Below, piece after piece: positions 62,978 through 64,000 of a DNA stretch of 64,000 nt; position 1 is the first letter of the stretch; every line of letters starts with the position of its first letter. Location of the stretch: assembly GCA_963674945.2 (NCBI GenBank), contig CAXXWQ010000004.1, positions 3,104,001 to 3,168,000 of the forward strand, read 5' to 3'. This DNA comes from an uncultured Desulfosarcina sp. (GTDB taxonomy: Bacteria > Desulfobacterota > Desulfobacteria > Desulfobacterales > Desulfosarcinaceae). Position numbers and translations under genes: made by a program. The notes under the pieces were generated by a model. That model did no database searches, was not told where the DNA came from, and worked only from the letters and a program-made list of their open reading frames with translations.

Positions 62978-63150
62978 TTAACGGATTAGTTTAATATGCC
63001 TTTTGTTTTCAAGCGGTTAAAATGCCAAGGAGCATTTTCCTGAATTTCCACCATGAAAAAACATCAATATGAAAAATGGCATCGATTTCACAATGTGAAA
63101 ATGATTTCCCAATAATTACCATTGGTTCTCGCAATTGGGCAGATCAATCT

Positions 63151-63858
63151 CTAAATGCCCAGATAGGCCCGCTTCACGTCTTCGTTGGCGAGCAGCCGTT
63201 CGGCTGTGTCAGACAGGGTAATTCGTCCATTCTCCATGACATATCCCCGGTGGGCGACCTTCAGGGCAAGATTGGCGTTCTGTTCCACGAGAAAAATGGT
63301 GGTATTGTTTTCTTCGTTTATTTTGTTTATAATTTCAAATATTTGCCTTACAACCAGGGGTGCCAGCCCCAAAGAGGGTTCGTCCAGCAAAAGCAGCCTG
63401 GGACGAGCCATTATTGCCCGGGAGATGGCCAGCATCTGCTGTTCGCCACCACTTAGGGTGCCACCGGCCTGGTGGCGCCGTTCGGCCAGAATGGGAAAGA
63501 GCTCGAATACGTACTCCAGGTCCGACTTCACGGCATCCGTGTCGTTTCGTAAGAATGCCCCCATATCCAAGTTTTCCAGTACGGTGAGATAAGGAAAGAT
63601 TCTTCTTCCTTCCGGTACCTGGCTGATTCCCATGGAGACGATTTTGTCTGGATTGACCCGTGTGATCGGTTTTTCCATGAATGTGATTTCGCCGCTTCGC
63701 GGCGGTACGATTCCGGAAATGGACATCAGGGTCGTCGTCTTTCCGGCGCCATTGGCACCGATCAGCGTGATGATCTCTCCTTCCTTGACCTCCAGGCTCA
63801 CGCCCTTCAAGGCTTGGATATTGCCGTAAAACGTCCTGATGTCATGGAGTTTAAGCAT
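63151..63858 (-). CDS. livF: Branched-chain amino acid ABC transporter ATP-binding protein
   Basis: [32 protein letters not shown]. Confidence 0.93.
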   Translation of the reverse strand: MLKLHDIRTFYGNIQALKGVSLEVKEGEIITLIGANGAGKTTTLMSISGIVPPRSGEITFMEKPITRVNPDKIVSMGISQVPEGRRIFPYLTVLENLDMGAFLRNDTDAVKSDLEYVFELFPILAERRHQAGGTLSGGEQQMLAISRAIMARPRLLLLDEPSLGLAPLVVRQIFEIINKINEENNTTIFLVEQNANLALKVAHRGYVMENGRITLSDTAERLLANEDVKRAYLGI

Positions 63859-64000
63859 CGATTGACTCTCCAAGGTACGCCTTGATCACCGCCGGATTTT
63901 GGCTGATCTCCCCGGGAGATCCTTCTGCAATCTTTTTTCCGTAATCAACGACGAAAATACGATCGGAGAGGTTCATCACCAGTCTCATGTCGTGCTCGAT
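63851..64000 (-). CDS. livG: LivG C-terminal part; runs off the window end
   Basis: [27 protein letters not shown]...[10 protein letters not shown]. Confidence 0.88.
   Translation of the reverse strand: MEHDMRLVMNLSDRIFVVDYGKKIAEGSPGEISQNPAVIKAYLGESIDA

Noticed and set aside
1..64000. CRISPR array, rRNA, intact IS or prophage
   Set aside because: No regularly spaced repeats, rRNA-like stretches, transposase, integrase or phage structural genes were recognised

Overview
Mostly core chromosome of a sulfate-reducing deltaproteobacterium. The Desulfobacterales-like assignment is inferred from gene content and order. In order along the window: a prkA-yeaH-spoVR-prkA2 AAA+/vWA cluster; recN; an FmdB zinc ribbon and a Fur-FeoA fusion; a PilS/PilR-type two-component system divergent from HTH-pilMNOPQ plus an Ig-like lipoprotein; an acyl-CoA dehydrogenase; a MarR-RND efflux operon; an orphan flhG-kinase-regulator trio; alaC; a decayed ~1.9 kb islet in the 3' end of a yycJ-like gene; dut-M16 peptidase-pnp-rpsO-truB-nrnA-rbfA-infB-nusA-rimP; tRNA-Gly(CCC); merR-pheTS-rplT-rpmI-infC; a deaminase/HsdR-N pair divergent from dgt; three Cys-cluster proteins; a sigma54-type lytic transglycosylase; livF/livG. 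The most notable feature, absent from the ORF track, is a candidate alanine-sensing transcription attenuator upstream of alaC: a 17-aa leader with four tandem Ala codons, mutually exclusive helices and an intrinsic terminator. Also seen: an att-like duplication flanking the islet, a 125-bp MITE-like element where ihfA commonly sits, and an AUA start for infC. All calls were made by eye; no database searches or folding programs were run.
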